From: Dicyema japonicum
Lineage: Eukaryota > Animalia > Dicyemida
DNA length: 64,000 nt
Direction: 5' to 3'
Assembly: GCA_011109175.1 (NCBI GenBank)
Contig: RDEW01000024.1
Span: forward strand, 112,738-176,737
The translations under genes were made by a program, and so were the position numbers. The notes below the pieces were generated by a model that was not told where the DNA came from, did no database searches, and worked only from the letters and a program-made list of their open reading frames with translations. Positions 27,560 through 40,050 of the stretch are shown here, piece by piece. Numbering within the stretch: the first letter of the stretch is position 1; each line of letters begins with the position of its first letter.

Positions 27560-28105
27560 TATTATACAATCGAGAACTCAGGCTAATGACGTTCAACGTA
27601 CGTGGAATATCGAAAAATTGGACAAGGAAAGTACTTTGTGACGATCTCGAGAAATGCAAAATATCTATTGGCTGTCTACAAGAGACGAAAATTGAAAATG
27701 GACGCGATGAGACATGGAACAACTACTGACTGATTCTCTTCCCAACTGAATGCAAGCACTACGGCATGGGATTCGCTCTACACGTGGATTAGCTCAAAAA
27801 TAACATCGCTATTGGAGAGTCAACGACCGAATATGTGTCCTACAAGTCAATGAACTATGACAGTCCAAGAGTCTATTAACTATCATAAATGTCTATGACC
27901 ACACTGTGGGCGAGAATCCAGAATCCCGGTGAACTCGTTGAATTCTACTCAGAATTATCAAGCACATACTCTAATAATGCTTCCTCGTCCCTTGTTTTGT
28001 TGCGGGAGATATGAATGGGAGATATGAAATTACGGAAATCAAAAGAGAAGACGATATTACTCATGAAAGATGGAGACGTACTAATAAGCTCGGCTCGCTA
28101 CTGCA
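27560..28105 (+). mobile_element. RTE-like endonuclease joined to late-RT segment
   Basis: MTFNVRG..ISIGCLQETK..AGDMNG then EITEIKREDDITHERWRRTNKLGSLL, near-identical to 39532-39590. Confidence 0.75.
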
Positions 28106-28148
28106 TGTCTGTCGTTTCATAAAACGCCTGTAACAGTTTAACAGTCAC

Positions 28149-28479
28149 TTGGGCCGTACCAATAACCGCAGCAGGTCTCCAAGGTTAGCAGCCTCTGGTG
28201 AATAGATAAACGCTGATAAGGGAAGTCGGCAAAATAGATCTGTACCTTCGGTAGAAGGATTGGCTCTACGGGTTGAGCCTATATTACTCTATTTCTGTTG
28301 TGATAGTTTGCTATTGCTTGATATAGGGGGGTAAGGCATTAAACAACCAAAGTAGAACTGGCATTGAGAAGGGGAATCTGTAATAACAACAAAGCAGTGC
28401 GATAGCCGGTGACGGTTTTGACGCAGTGTGATTTCTGCCCAGTGCCCTGAATGTCAGCGTGAAGAGATTCACTTAAGCA

Positions 28480-28532
<53 letters not shown>

Positions 28533-28543
28533 AATTTAATTGA

Positions 28544-28574
<31 letters not shown>

Positions 28575-28668
28575 ACTGTCCCTATCAGCACTCTAGCGAA
28601 ACCACAGCCGGGGTAACGGGCCCGGGAGAATCAGCGGGAAAGAAGACCCTTTTGAGCTTGGACTCTAG
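28149..28668 (+). rRNA. 28S rRNA: Orphan 28S rRNA fragment (~520 bp, pseudogenic)
   Basis: Conserved LSU blocks CCGCAGCAGGTCTCCAAGG, TAAGGGAAGTCGGCAA, GTAAACGGCGGGAGTAACTATGACTCTCTTAAGGTAGCCAAATGCCTCGT, AGAAGACCCT; flanks are not rDNA. Confidence 0.95.
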
Positions 28669-28768
28669 AATTCTATATCAGTGGCTCTACTGAAACTAAA
28701 ATTATACAAAATATTTTAATGTATATTCTAAATTTGATTTAAAAAAAACGAAAATTTAAAAAAATTAA

Positions 28769-29230
28769 TTAATCCTTTTTGATAGGACTGTGACATAAAT
28801 TAGAATCAGAATCCTTTTCTGGTTTAGACTTGTCTGTCGAATTATTAGACTCTTCGATCAACTCGCTTCCATCAAAGGATACTTTCAATACGCTGGAGTC
28901 TCCGGGAATCTCTGATTCTGTCTCCACAGCTGGTACTATGCCATCAGAGATATCATTAAGTAGTTTCGGCTCCACCTCATAGTTTTCCCCATCGTCATTC
29001 CATCTCATAATCAAATCTCTATGTTCGAGAATGCGGGACATTTCTGAAACATCTATGTCAGGGTGGGGGACCCCATCGTCAGAATCACTCAAGCTAATAA
29101 TATCGTCTTCCGTAGGTATATAATTAATGTCAAAATCTTTATTGTTCTTTGTTATGTTATCCTTCCCGCGACATATTAAGATCGGAGTAGACAGGAATTG
29201 CTTATATATTCGGCGTGGACATCGTAAATC
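28769..29230 (-). other. Stop-free acidic reading frame of about 150 codons, unidentified
   Basis: Track ORF 28769-29092 extends upstream without stops; D/E/S-rich; no motif recognised. Confidence 0.3.
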
Positions 29231-29599
29231 AATATTAGCGGGTAACTACCTTTTGGCGGTAAAATATATTCATAAATAGAACTACCTTTTGGCGGTAAAA
29301 TATATTCATAAATAATTTTTCCTGGTAGACCACTTGACTAACTATAAATAGATATTTTAATTAGTACAGGAACTCGTGAAGTGCAGGAATGAAACGTGTA
29401 CTTTATCAAAGTCGTTAATTACTTTCCAGTTAATTCTTCTCCCTTTGATTTATTCAGCCACAGACAAACATCCTGGCTTCGACACTCTCGATTGTGTTTG
29501 TTTCAACAGGAAACCCATGGGAAGCTCTCATTTCATTGCAGAAGAAACGTGCCAAATTATTATAATTACAATTAATAACACGTTAGAATAATTAATTAA

Positions 29600-29790
29600 A
29601 ATTTTCTCATGTGCCGCAATCGTTTGTTAACAGTTGTATTAATCTCATTCATTACTCGAATATGTCCAAGTGTATCTAGGTCGTCAATCGTCCTCAGATT
29701 AATTTTTAGAGGTTCTTATTCAGAATTATGCTACGGTAGTCGTCGGTCTTCCACGGAATCCACAGATTACAAAACAATTAAAATATCCAT
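29600..29790 (-). mobile_element. RTE-like 3' fragment preceded by a piece of SINE body
   Basis: GFRGRPTTTV..RTIDDLDTL; upstream CCACGCATCTACGATGC..TTTGACGAG matches the SINE body. Confidence 0.55.
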
Positions 29791-30158
29791 CCATAGCATC
29801 GTTTCCATTAACCTCGTCAAATCTGAAGCATCGTAGATGCGTGGATCCTTATATCAAATGGACATTAGTGAGATTCGGACATTGGATCTCCTGGTATTTC
29901 GTCCTGAACGTGGTCCGGATGTCTGTAGCATGCACAGAACCTCAAGAAAATATTATTATTACCCGCAGGATCACTGAGTCAAAGAGAAAGAATTGAAAGT
30001 TCCGTCCAGGGGAACTCCTCTTGATGGTTGTTGACTAATGGTCCTTTTTGAATATAATTTAGTTAATTAATTAAATAGCCCAGCCTCACTAACTTGTAGG
30101 AGGCCATGGATATAATTTAGGATTATTTCTGGCGCGACCAGGATGGTGAACCACATAA

Positions 30159-30470
30159 TAATAATAGCCTTACGAGAGACATAATATCTATAGCTCCGCA
30201 TAGGCAGGACACACACTTTATTTAAGTAAAGAACAGTTAATTTTAACTAATCGCAGAACCAAGGTCTTCACTTCTTTTTTTCTTTTTCTTGTGTGTGGGT
30301 CCTTTCTAGACAATCCAGTTCCGCAGTGAGTATCCACTGATGACGGCGTCACTCGTCAAACTTTTTTGGCATCATAGATGCGTGGAACCTTCCACCAGGT
30401 GAACAGCGCGAGAATCGAACCCGTAACATAAGTCACTTTAGCCCGACACCTAACCACTAAGCCACCGGCT
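30159..30470 (-). mobile_element. Full-length tRNA-derived SINE with 10-bp TSD
   Basis: A box TGGCTTAGTGG, B box GGTTCGATTC, (TTA)n tail; TSD AACCACATAA at 30149-30158 and 30471-30480. Confidence 0.9.
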
Positions 30471-30599
30471 AACCACATAACGCACGTTAACAATTGTTTA
30501 AAATTTATTTATAATTTCTCAATGAATTAAAAATTTGAATAAAATATAACATATATAATTAGTTGTTTTTTAGTGTGTTTTGCTTATGTATGACATTAA

Positions 30600-30730
30600 T
30601 TGATCATTGTATGGGCACGAGGGAGAAGCCCTGGGAAAGAATGAGGATTTTGGTGGAACGCATCGGGATCACGTGATAGTTAGTTTAGTTTTACCGTGGT
30701 CTTGGGTGTTAAATAAATAAAGAAATACAG
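30600..30730 (+). mobile_element. I/Jockey-like LINE 3' end
   Basis: CGCATCGGGATCACGTGA = RIGIT*. Confidence 0.6.
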
Positions 30731-31149
30731 GCAACATCACGAATAAAATTGTACGACTCCCCGCTTCCCATTAAGAATACCTTTTAAATCCCTTGAGTCG
30801 TTTTGAGAAGTTGACAGTCACAAGGTGAACCTGGTTATTGATTTGTAGATCCGTAAACGTTCGATTTGGCTATGCCCAATTTAAGGATTCTGAATGAGAA
30901 AAGAAGGCTTCTGATTATCTGCACAATTTGCAATATCTTGGAACTGACAAAAATGATTATTATTAACCCCAGGCTTACAATGGTAACTCACCACAAACAG
31001 TCATAACTAATTAATTCAAGAAAGGAACCAAAGGGAGAACATCTGCTTGTGCCGACCAAATTGATCTTTCAATACTTCAATACAGGCTTCCGCTTCCGAA
31101 GAGAGTTGGAGAAGTAGATCCACACCGTTCCATTTTGTCGAACTGCTTC

Positions 31150-31370
31150 TAATTCGAATCTCGCTGCTATACATTCTACATTCCGGCTGAAGGCTCCACG
31201 CATTTACGATGCTTTGGCTTGACGAGTGAACATCTCACTCGGAACAGGATCGTCTACCAAGAGACTCACACCAAACAAAAAAAAGTGAAGAGCATTGCTT
31301 GGATCTTCCTCATCGATTAGTTAAATTAAATGTTCTTTCAAATAAAATGTGTCCTGTCTGGGAAGAGCGA
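31150..31370 (+). mobile_element. SINE, diverged copy
   Basis: TTCGAATCTCGCTGCT head remnant, CCACGCATTTACGATGC body, AAATAAAATGTGTCCTG 3' part. Confidence 0.7.
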
Positions 31371-31399
31371 GAGTTTATATGCCACTTCGTACAGTAAAA

Positions 31400-32360
31400 G
31401 TGCTGAGTATCCTGTTGGAACATCTGACATTCCTTGACGCATCACTCTATGCATACGATCTTTTACCAGTTAACCGATAACTAACTTTCTCGTTGTCTCG
31501 TGTATCGAATTGTTGCAATCAAAAATAATTTTTTAAATGAAGAACATGACTCAATCTCTCCACTGGAAGCGGATGTAAAGGAAATCCATTTTCGTTTTCG
31601 ATGGTTAAATCTAAATTTATAATTTCTTTTTTTACCTCTCTACTTGACCTTGTATCCATTGAGCACGTGGTCTACCATAGACATATTTGACACGAAGCTC
31701 CATTATAATGTCGGTCATCAATTTATTTTTAAATTCTTTTCCGTTATCCGTGTGTAATTTCAACTACTTCCTTTGAATTTTTAGAGTAGAGAGTTTCGAC
31801 CATACCAAATTTCCTGAAACAATCAACCACTGTCAAAAGCTACAGAAAATTAATGAGAATAAATACCCAAGTTTTTGTCAGAATAACGTCGCAAATCGAT
31901 CAGGTCGGCTATATATCTGCCACGTGGGTATTTTGCCACAATTGGTGTTATTGGAGGTTTTGTTTCCAAAAGCCTCTTAGACGTAATAAATTTATTGTTC
32001 TGCGTACAAACAGTTAAAGAACACTTAATCTAGGGTGCTTGAATCGCCAGGTTGTTTCTTCTGACAATAGCTATCGAGATACGTTTTCGAAGCCATCCAG
32101 TCTCATTGTATCCTTGGTGACCCTCTGGACCATTGAGCAGCTCGAGTGAGTAGATCGTCCGTTTGTCGGCAAAAAATCCCTGACGTCTTTAGAGCAAATG
32201 GGACAAACATGTGATACCGCGAAATACATCGATCTTCATTATCTTCTGATTTTCGGTTTGCTTAGGAGCATTACCTGGGTCAGAGATTGAAGCAGTCAAA
32301 TTTTTCTGAGAGTACGGATCAACACACGAAGCGTTCCTACCAGGTTGTCATCTCGTCTGT
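31400..32360 (-). mobile_element. Second degenerate Ginger/GIN-like integrase with an internal deletion
   Basis: GHQG, PITPIVAKYPRGRYIADLIDLRRYSD, VVDCFRKF, LHTDNGKEFKN, GRPRAQWIQGQVER. Confidence 0.8.
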
Positions 32361-33949
32361 TCGTTTGCGAAATAATAGACAAATTTGTGTCCAAATTTCA
32401 TAATATTTATTTAATCATGGACGAACTTGTGTATACTGAATATGTTTAATTCACCAACACAATATCATAGAAAATATATTATTAAGCACTACTCGAGAAA
32501 TAATAATCACTTGTCCCGTTGTTGCAGGTACAACCTGTCAACCACAACATCTTCCACTTTTCTGGATAAGGTGTTTGAATATTGCGTAATTCTATGTTGA
32601 CTCTAACCATCTGCTTAGGTGGTTGAACAGGTTTTGCGAAGATTCGGATTTTTGGATGCTATTTTCTCTTAATGATATCATCAGGAAAGAGGAGTCAGAA
32701 AAATGTGCAATAAAACCTCATGGAGATGAAGAATGTCGATTTTGTGTATATAAATGAAATTCAAAGTTAAATTATTATCTCTTATAGATAGATGAAGTTC
32801 AATTTTATGGCACAAGGAAGGGCTGTGATTCTATTCTAAATCTCCAGGGATCTTCTGACATTAGTGACAAATCCTTTTACTGCTATTGTCGGATAAAATA
32901 GTGAAAGAAAATGTGTGAGCTAAATCTCTTGATGAAGCGAATTTTATGCACAAATACGAAATCGCAAAGTTATATTAATTCCCATGGATTAAGTCGCATG
33001 GATTAACCAAGATTCTTTCATTGTCATCAAAGATAAACAGGAGGTTTCATGCAAGAGGAGGACAATTAAAGTGAGGTATTGGAGAATGGTTTCTTTAGAT
33101 GCATGAAAACATACAGTCTCACATTAAATGGGGTCAAATTCTTTGAGGACTATTTATAATGGAATACCGACCGAAATCTCAAATGATAGCCCTCAGTCTT
33201 TTGTTATTTTTCACGACCAAATCCAGTATATTGTATATTTTGATTATTAGACGTCGGATTTGATTATTTAGGAGATTATAAAGATCCTAACAAAACAGAA
33301 TGTATATTTTAAAATGTCATTACTTAGACTTAGACCGAGAGAGAGCCATATTCTCAGATAATTCGATTATTTCTATGAAAGGTATTAGACTGATAATGGC
33401 AGATAGTTATTTCCAATTCCCACTAGTCACTGCATCTCCCATTACATCTGGCAAATCAGAATAGAAATTTAGGCCCTTATCGATATATTTGATTACTCTT
33501 AACATTATTCGTTATTGGTGTTTATTGATGTGTTTTCTTTGATAAAATGCAAATGTAGGAGCTTTTTGCAATGCAGTTTTGTTGGAAATAAATATAGAAA
33601 AGTCTGTAATTAATAATTCCAAAGTGCATGAGTAAAACCAAACAAATTCTTTGATGCTGACAAATTCCACCTATGCACAAGTTTCCAGAATTTGAATTCG
33701 AGAACTCGTCTCGGAGAGGGAAATCTTCCCGCGGTGGAATGAATAAATGTATATTGTGGAATGCCGCCAGGTAATAGGCGTCTCATGGGTAAGATAAATC
33801 CAATGACGCCACCAGAGGGAAGGAAGAGAAATCTTTAATCAAGTAGCCACATGGCACCACCGGCAGATTTCAGTGAATGCTGATTCTACTATGAAGACTC
33901 AATTTCTCGGAAGACTAAATAAATATTGAAATCTCAGACAACTTGAAGA

Positions 33950-34250
33950 TAAAAAAGTATTGATTATGAAGGAAATATTTGAAGAATCTGACAAGCAAAT
34001 TGAATATTTAACGATGGCGCTCATGAATACGATATTTTGTTCACAGCAATAGACGAGTCACGTATAGAAATTAAACAACATCGAATTACTTGACATTGAT
34101 GACTTTTTTCTGGCAACAAGAAGGTTATACCACAGAAGAGATAAACGGTAAGACGTATACTTTTTTAGTATTTTGGAAAACTGTAGATAAGTCAGATGTA
34201 TATGGTGAGGTTTAGAATTCAATGAATCGGGACAAGAAAGAGGTGGTCCG
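33950..34250 (+). mobile_element. Possible Harbinger/ISL2EU-like DDE transposase fragment
   Basis: AIDESRIEIKQ....LFSGNKKV resembles the ID.T...I.RP...YSGKK motif. Confidence 0.35.
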
Positions 34251-36047
34251 TTTTATGATCGTCCGATATGGAGGAGTACAATGGATCGAAACCGATCGTC
34301 CCATTCAAATCATATAATCCGAAAGGCCATGACGACAGACAATTGATGACTTATTATATCATAGAAGTTGAAAATATGGTGACAAAGATATACAAAAGGC
34401 TGTAAAAGGTTTTTACTTTAAACAAAAATGCAGAAATAGTCATTTTGAAAAAAATAGTATATTATTCTCAGCAAATTATTCAAATATACAGTTTTAATGT
34501 TAGCAGGCGCTCAGAACATTGTTCGACTCACGTTTAGTGAGAGTAATTGCGTTATTCTGTGTTGACTCTTCCGCTACTCTTCTAGTCGGTCGATTATTTT
34601 GATTAACCCAATAGTGATGGAGCTAGGCACTTCAGGCTTTGTAATAAATTGGCTAGAAAAATTCTGGCAAGGAAAGATCCCTCGGCCGAGTTAATTCTCC
34701 TAAATGGTAAAATGGATTCGTCGTGATATTGATTGACATGATTTTGACACATGACATTGACACATGAGTTGTTGCGCGTTGTGCATGGTTACTCACAGTG
34801 CGCGCGACATAATATTTATGTCAGCGTCGTTCCTGGTTGATTTTTCGTCTTCAATTGAGACGAGAAGATCGGAGGAACCGAGGGCTTTTATTGAAACCGA
34901 TTATTTAAATCACTCAACATTTATTTTCTTTGGATAAAGGAATTGCTTCACACAATGAGATTTTTTACCATTTTCAACGGTGAACGGACTGTCATGCATA
35001 TTAACTTTATGCATTTTGTGCCTTCTCAGTGACATGTTGCTGAGATTCAGGCCATGGATCACATATTTTTGCCGTTATTGCTGGAAAGGACTGGTGATGG
35101 TTTAGCGGATTATATATCAATCCAGAATTTCCGAAACAGTAACTGAAGAAACTTGAGGAGTTAGTATACGTATAACGATTAGCAACCCTTCACTGATTAT
35201 GGATGACGTGACCACCGTCAATTTGATTATTCTTAGTATTAGGAATGATTTCTTCCTAAGGAGAGATACATTAATTGTGACCCCGGCTATTCATACAGCC
35301 CGTTTTCCTTTTGATTTTGAGGTTGTGACTTGAGAGACACCATCCTACAGCTTCGATGAGTTTTGTTAGGAGGTATTGCCTCAGGGGTAGAGAAAACATT
35401 GTCGAACCACAACTTGGGAGTAAAACGATTAAGGCATATTTTTTGAAACTCTGTACTATAAAATCATTTTTTGTTGAAAAATCGTAAACTTGTTTGAAAC
35501 TATTTTTAGGGGAATTGAGACTTGCATTTTAATTTTTCCTGCGGGAACTGACGGTTGCTTTCTTCAAAAGTTCTTCGAAGAGTTCATATGATCTAATCAT
35601 TATTCTGGTATTCCTTTCCTCGGCTTCTCACCCATGAATAATACTCCATTTCTGATCCATGGTCACGACGAGTGCTTAACGCTGACATATATATCCCGGG
35701 AATTGTTATTTACAGTGAAATCTTTAGGAACATCTCTCATAGTCTTCTCACAAAGTCCATCCTGAACCACCGTAGAAAAATAAAACATCCAGTCCTTGCA
35801 GTTGTGGGAACCTATCCAATGAAGGAGGTGCAAGTGGATTGACTCTCGTACCATCCTGACACTAGACGTAATCTGATAGAAGTAGATCACATGACCTAAC
35901 TAAATGACCCCAACACGTTCCAGCATGCACTGAGCATGGCTCGGTGATCCTCTTGAGCAGTTCTGGAGGAAAAAGTCTTTGATATAACAGACATCACCTT
36001 TTTATCCAAATTAAAACTTGCCACCACATCTAATTTGTAATTTAAAC

Positions 36048-37802
36048 CAGGGGTTCTCAACCTTTTTTGCTCGTCGACCCCACTTTTTTTTGACCCCCTA
36101 TTATTTAATCGACCCCTTAAAACTTTTTTATTTAGAACAGACAATTCTAAGTAAAATTAGTTAATATCTAAAATGAATTCATTGTTAATAATCAAATCAA
36201 ACAAAAAAAGTATATACTCAATGTTAAGTTGGTATCTTAGTATAAATCTATAATAAAAAAATTAAATACCAATGGGATCCCTGTGACTGATGTTTTTTGA
36301 CCAAAGATTCGATATCTGGCTCTATTTGTGTTATTTTTAAACGAATCTCCTCTAATGGACACTTTCAATCTGTTTCGTTCTTTATTTACAATTCGATGTA
36401 GAATGCTAAATCCGCATTCAACACAGTATGATGTCGAAATCAAGTAGCAATTGTGCTATTTTTCTGTCCACAATTTTGAATAACTCTCTTTCACTTTCAT
36501 ATTTTGCCAAAAAATAACAGGTGATTGTAAATCATTATAATATATTTTTAATTCTGGATTGAATTCTTCTTGAATATTTTTTTGTACTTCTGGCTTTGAC
36601 AAAAACGGATTATCATCCAAGATGGAACTTCTAATTCAAGAATATCCTGGAATCGAAGAATCAAATCTTTTTCTATACTTAATAAATGTTGCAAAAAGTT
36701 GTTAATATCTTCATCATCAAATGTTTGACCAATTGAGTAGAATTCGGGAATGTTATAATAATTTCTTTTTTCCAAGTTATATTTATATAACTTAATTTTT
36801 TCAATAAATATTTGAATAATTCTTTTACAATCTATTACGTCACATACTTTCCCTGAAGTTCTAATAAAACTTTATTAAATTTTCCAAAAATCCAAGTCAA
36901 ATAAACAATTTCTTTCTTTTTCGATACAATTAAATCTGCTAAATTTTTGTCACCCTCAGAAGTAAGAAAATTTACGATTGTGTCAAACAATATTGAAAAT
37001 CGTTCTAATGCGTTCTAATGCATTTCGTACCTGTAAAATAAAATTGGAAACTATAACCTCAGTGTGAAGCACAAGACGGACATATGTTTCTTTAGCCTCA
37101 GCAAAATTCACATAAAATATGTTCAACATTATCTGACATTTCGTCAATCCTGCGGCGAATTGAATCATTGCTAATTGTCACGGATTTAAAATTTCGTCGG
37201 GATTTAAACCCATCAGATCTGATAGAATCACTGATATAGATGGTTTGATGAGATTTTCACCACAAACATGGGAACTCTCATTGTTAACAATAATCATTGC
37301 AATTTTATAGGATGCAATTAGTAATCCTAAATATAATTTAAAATAACAACAACTATTATTTCTTTCAATACTATTTGTAAAAACTGTCAATCGTTTTTGT
37401 TTACGAAAAGAATCCTTTAATTCTTCAAAATATTCTAAATGGTTTATCTTTTTTATCCGAATGTTTACTCCTAAATGATCCAACAATTTGGACGGTTTCA
37501 TTGCATCATTTGATAACTTGTTACACAGTAAGCAATATGGTCTATTTAAAAAAAATTTTATAAATCCAAATGCCAAATATTCATTTTTATATTGACGAAT
37601 TTTTAATGTAGAAGGACGACTCATACACAAACAAAAACAAGCATGGTAATTTTAAAAATTTTAAAGAACAAAGGTTTACCACTTTAAAAATAAACTAACT
37701 TAATTTAAATTGAAAAAGATTAAATATATTAAATTTATTTTCGACCCCCAAATATCATTTTTAGACCCTGGGGTCGAATCGACCCCAGGTTGAGAACCCC
37801 TG
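36048..37802 (-). mobile_element. Buster/Charlie-type hAT transposon, internally deleted, 1755 bp
   Basis: TIRs CAGGGGTTCTCAACCT / AGGTTGAGAACCCCTG; flanking direct repeat AATTTAAAC; BED finger RQYKNEYLAFGF..RPYCLLCNKLSNDAMKPSKL and LRFQD..L..PSW. Confidence 0.92.
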
Positions 37803-38249
37803 AATTTAAACCATCGTAGTAATACCTCTCTTTCTCAGAACCTAGGTCGTATGAGCAGTCAACAAGTCACAACCTTATAGGAAAAGAAACCGTTAACTAA
37901 CTGATGGTTGTGAGGAGATTAATCCCAGGAAGATAAAGAAATTCCAATTCCTCTTGTTAACTTTCCAAACTAATTTCTTTTTTGTTAATTCCGGCAACTT
38001 CCTTCTAGTTGCGTTACAGGCGTGTGAGCCACGTCATCAACTCAGCCTTTCCGACCAGTTGAAGAATGACACCCCAGGGAATGGAACCCACGAGCCCACA
38101 GCCTTGGTGAGACCTCGACAACCAGACCAACCATTGTAATAAAAAATATTGAATGAAAGTATTTTATTTTATTTAAAAAAATAAAGTTATTCCTTAATTA
38201 ATTTATTATAGATATGTTGTACACCGTCTCAACAACCATAACGGTGCGT

Positions 38250-38680
38250 TTATACAATGCATTTATTCTGCCTATTCTGCTGTACAACTCTTGCACGTTG
38301 GGTTTGAATCAAACTTGTTCTAATAGCCTGAATGTTTTCACAGAAAACAACTGAAATTCCTTAAAGACCACTATAATGAATACTCGATGGGGATTTTTTG
38401 GACATATATTGAGGATGGATTCTGTGCACCTGCAAATGATATCATGGAATCATACTTCCTAAGCAGCGATTTATTTTGGGGCATACCACGGACAACCCTT
38501 TCACTTACATTAAATAACGAACGATCTTAAAAATTTCAAAATGCGACTGAAAAAATCTTGATGACTTAGACAATTTCCGAAAAATTGCAATTTCAAGATG
38601 AGTGTAGAGGCTTATGACTTCAAAGATTATCCGGGGTGTGGCACAAGCGACCTCAGTGAAAAAAACAATTAACTGGTTTT
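38250..38680 (+). mobile_element. RTE-like 3' fragment
   Basis: LNVFHRKQL, RWGFFGHILRMD, PANDIMESYF, PRTTL. Confidence 0.7.
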
Positions 38681-39399
38681 AGTTACTTATTTTTGTGCCA
38701 ATTGAAAGCGGATGACGAATCATGTGTCTATAAAAGATGAAATCTATAGATAGCACATTGATGATACATATAATCCTTGAAATTATTAAGATGTTCCAAA
38801 AATTTGGTTAATAGTCAAAATCTCATATAAAAAAGTTTCAAATTGAAAATTAGTTTTGGTTAAAGTAGTTAAAATAGTCCCCAGAGAGTTATTAAGTTGA
38901 TGTACATTACAAATCAAAGAAAAAAATAGAGAAAGTCAATCTGTGTATATATATGAAATTCTAAAGTTAAATAAACTTCGTTCATATATATTTGATGTAA
39001 TAAAATAAGAATTTAATTCCAAGTCCTCAGGGATATCCTAAAAGTAACGAGTTTTTTCCAAGTATATTTTGGACGTCTTGTAGGATAATATTGTAATCTG
39101 TAATGTTAGTCAAGAGTCACTTTTGTGAACAAATTTGATTTTTTTAAATACTCGGAAATCACACGGTATGTAAGTATCCATATATCAGTAATAAAAATAG
39201 TTTTCTGTAATTTTAAATTAAAATAAAAAAAACAGCAAATTAAATTAATTTTTATAGTTTTATTTTTAATTGACTTTTTCCCAGCATTGAAATAGTTATC
39301 TGTAATTATAAATTAAAATAAAAAAAACAGCAAATTAAATAAATTTTTATATTTTTATTTTTAATTGACCAATTCCCAGCATTGATATTATTTTACAAA

Positions 39400-40050
39400 C
39401 ATCATTGAAGAGACATCTTATGCGGATGATGTGGATTTTGTATCACGGGATGTGACCGCACTCCAACACCTGCTAAAAAATGCACCTGCGGAGCTTGAGA
39501 AATGGTTTCTCAGCGTAAATGTTAACAAAACTGAAATTACGGAAATCAAAAGAGAAGACGATATTACTCAAGAAAGATGGAGACGTACTANNNNNNNNNN
39601 NNNNNNNNNNNNNACGGAAAATCAGTGACATTCGGTCCCTAACATTCACTACTATTAGTAATCCTGGAAACTAGACAAACTACTCCCATCATCACTTGAA
39701 GACGTTATTCGACAAAATGGGCAGGGATCTGCTCTCTTGTGCAGGTAGTGAAACTCCCAACTATACATAGCAGGACATGTCTCATGAGAAAGATGTACAT
39801 CCAATTTCTATTCTCCAAATCATTTCGCCCACAGAGAAGTTGCGTAAAATCCCAAAAGGCAAAAAAAGAGAGAATAAGAATGTGATGTAAGCGAATAAGC
39901 CTGGAGGTGATGGAGTCTCGGTGGAGACTATTCTGGCACATACTGAAGATGGAATTGGTATCCTTGTTGAACAGAGCTATAGAGACTACTATGTTTGCCA
40001 AGAGGGTCGTTTCCATGGACCCCCGTTCTTACTGATAAAATAATGTCATT
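39400..40050 (+). mobile_element. RTE-like RT and C-terminal fragments (spans a 23-N gap)
   Basis: SYADDVDFVS..LSVNVNKTE; ESRWRLFWHILKM. Confidence 0.7.

Noticed and set aside
28500-28530. R2 retrotransposon insertion
   Set aside because: The target site is intact and no R2 sequence is present
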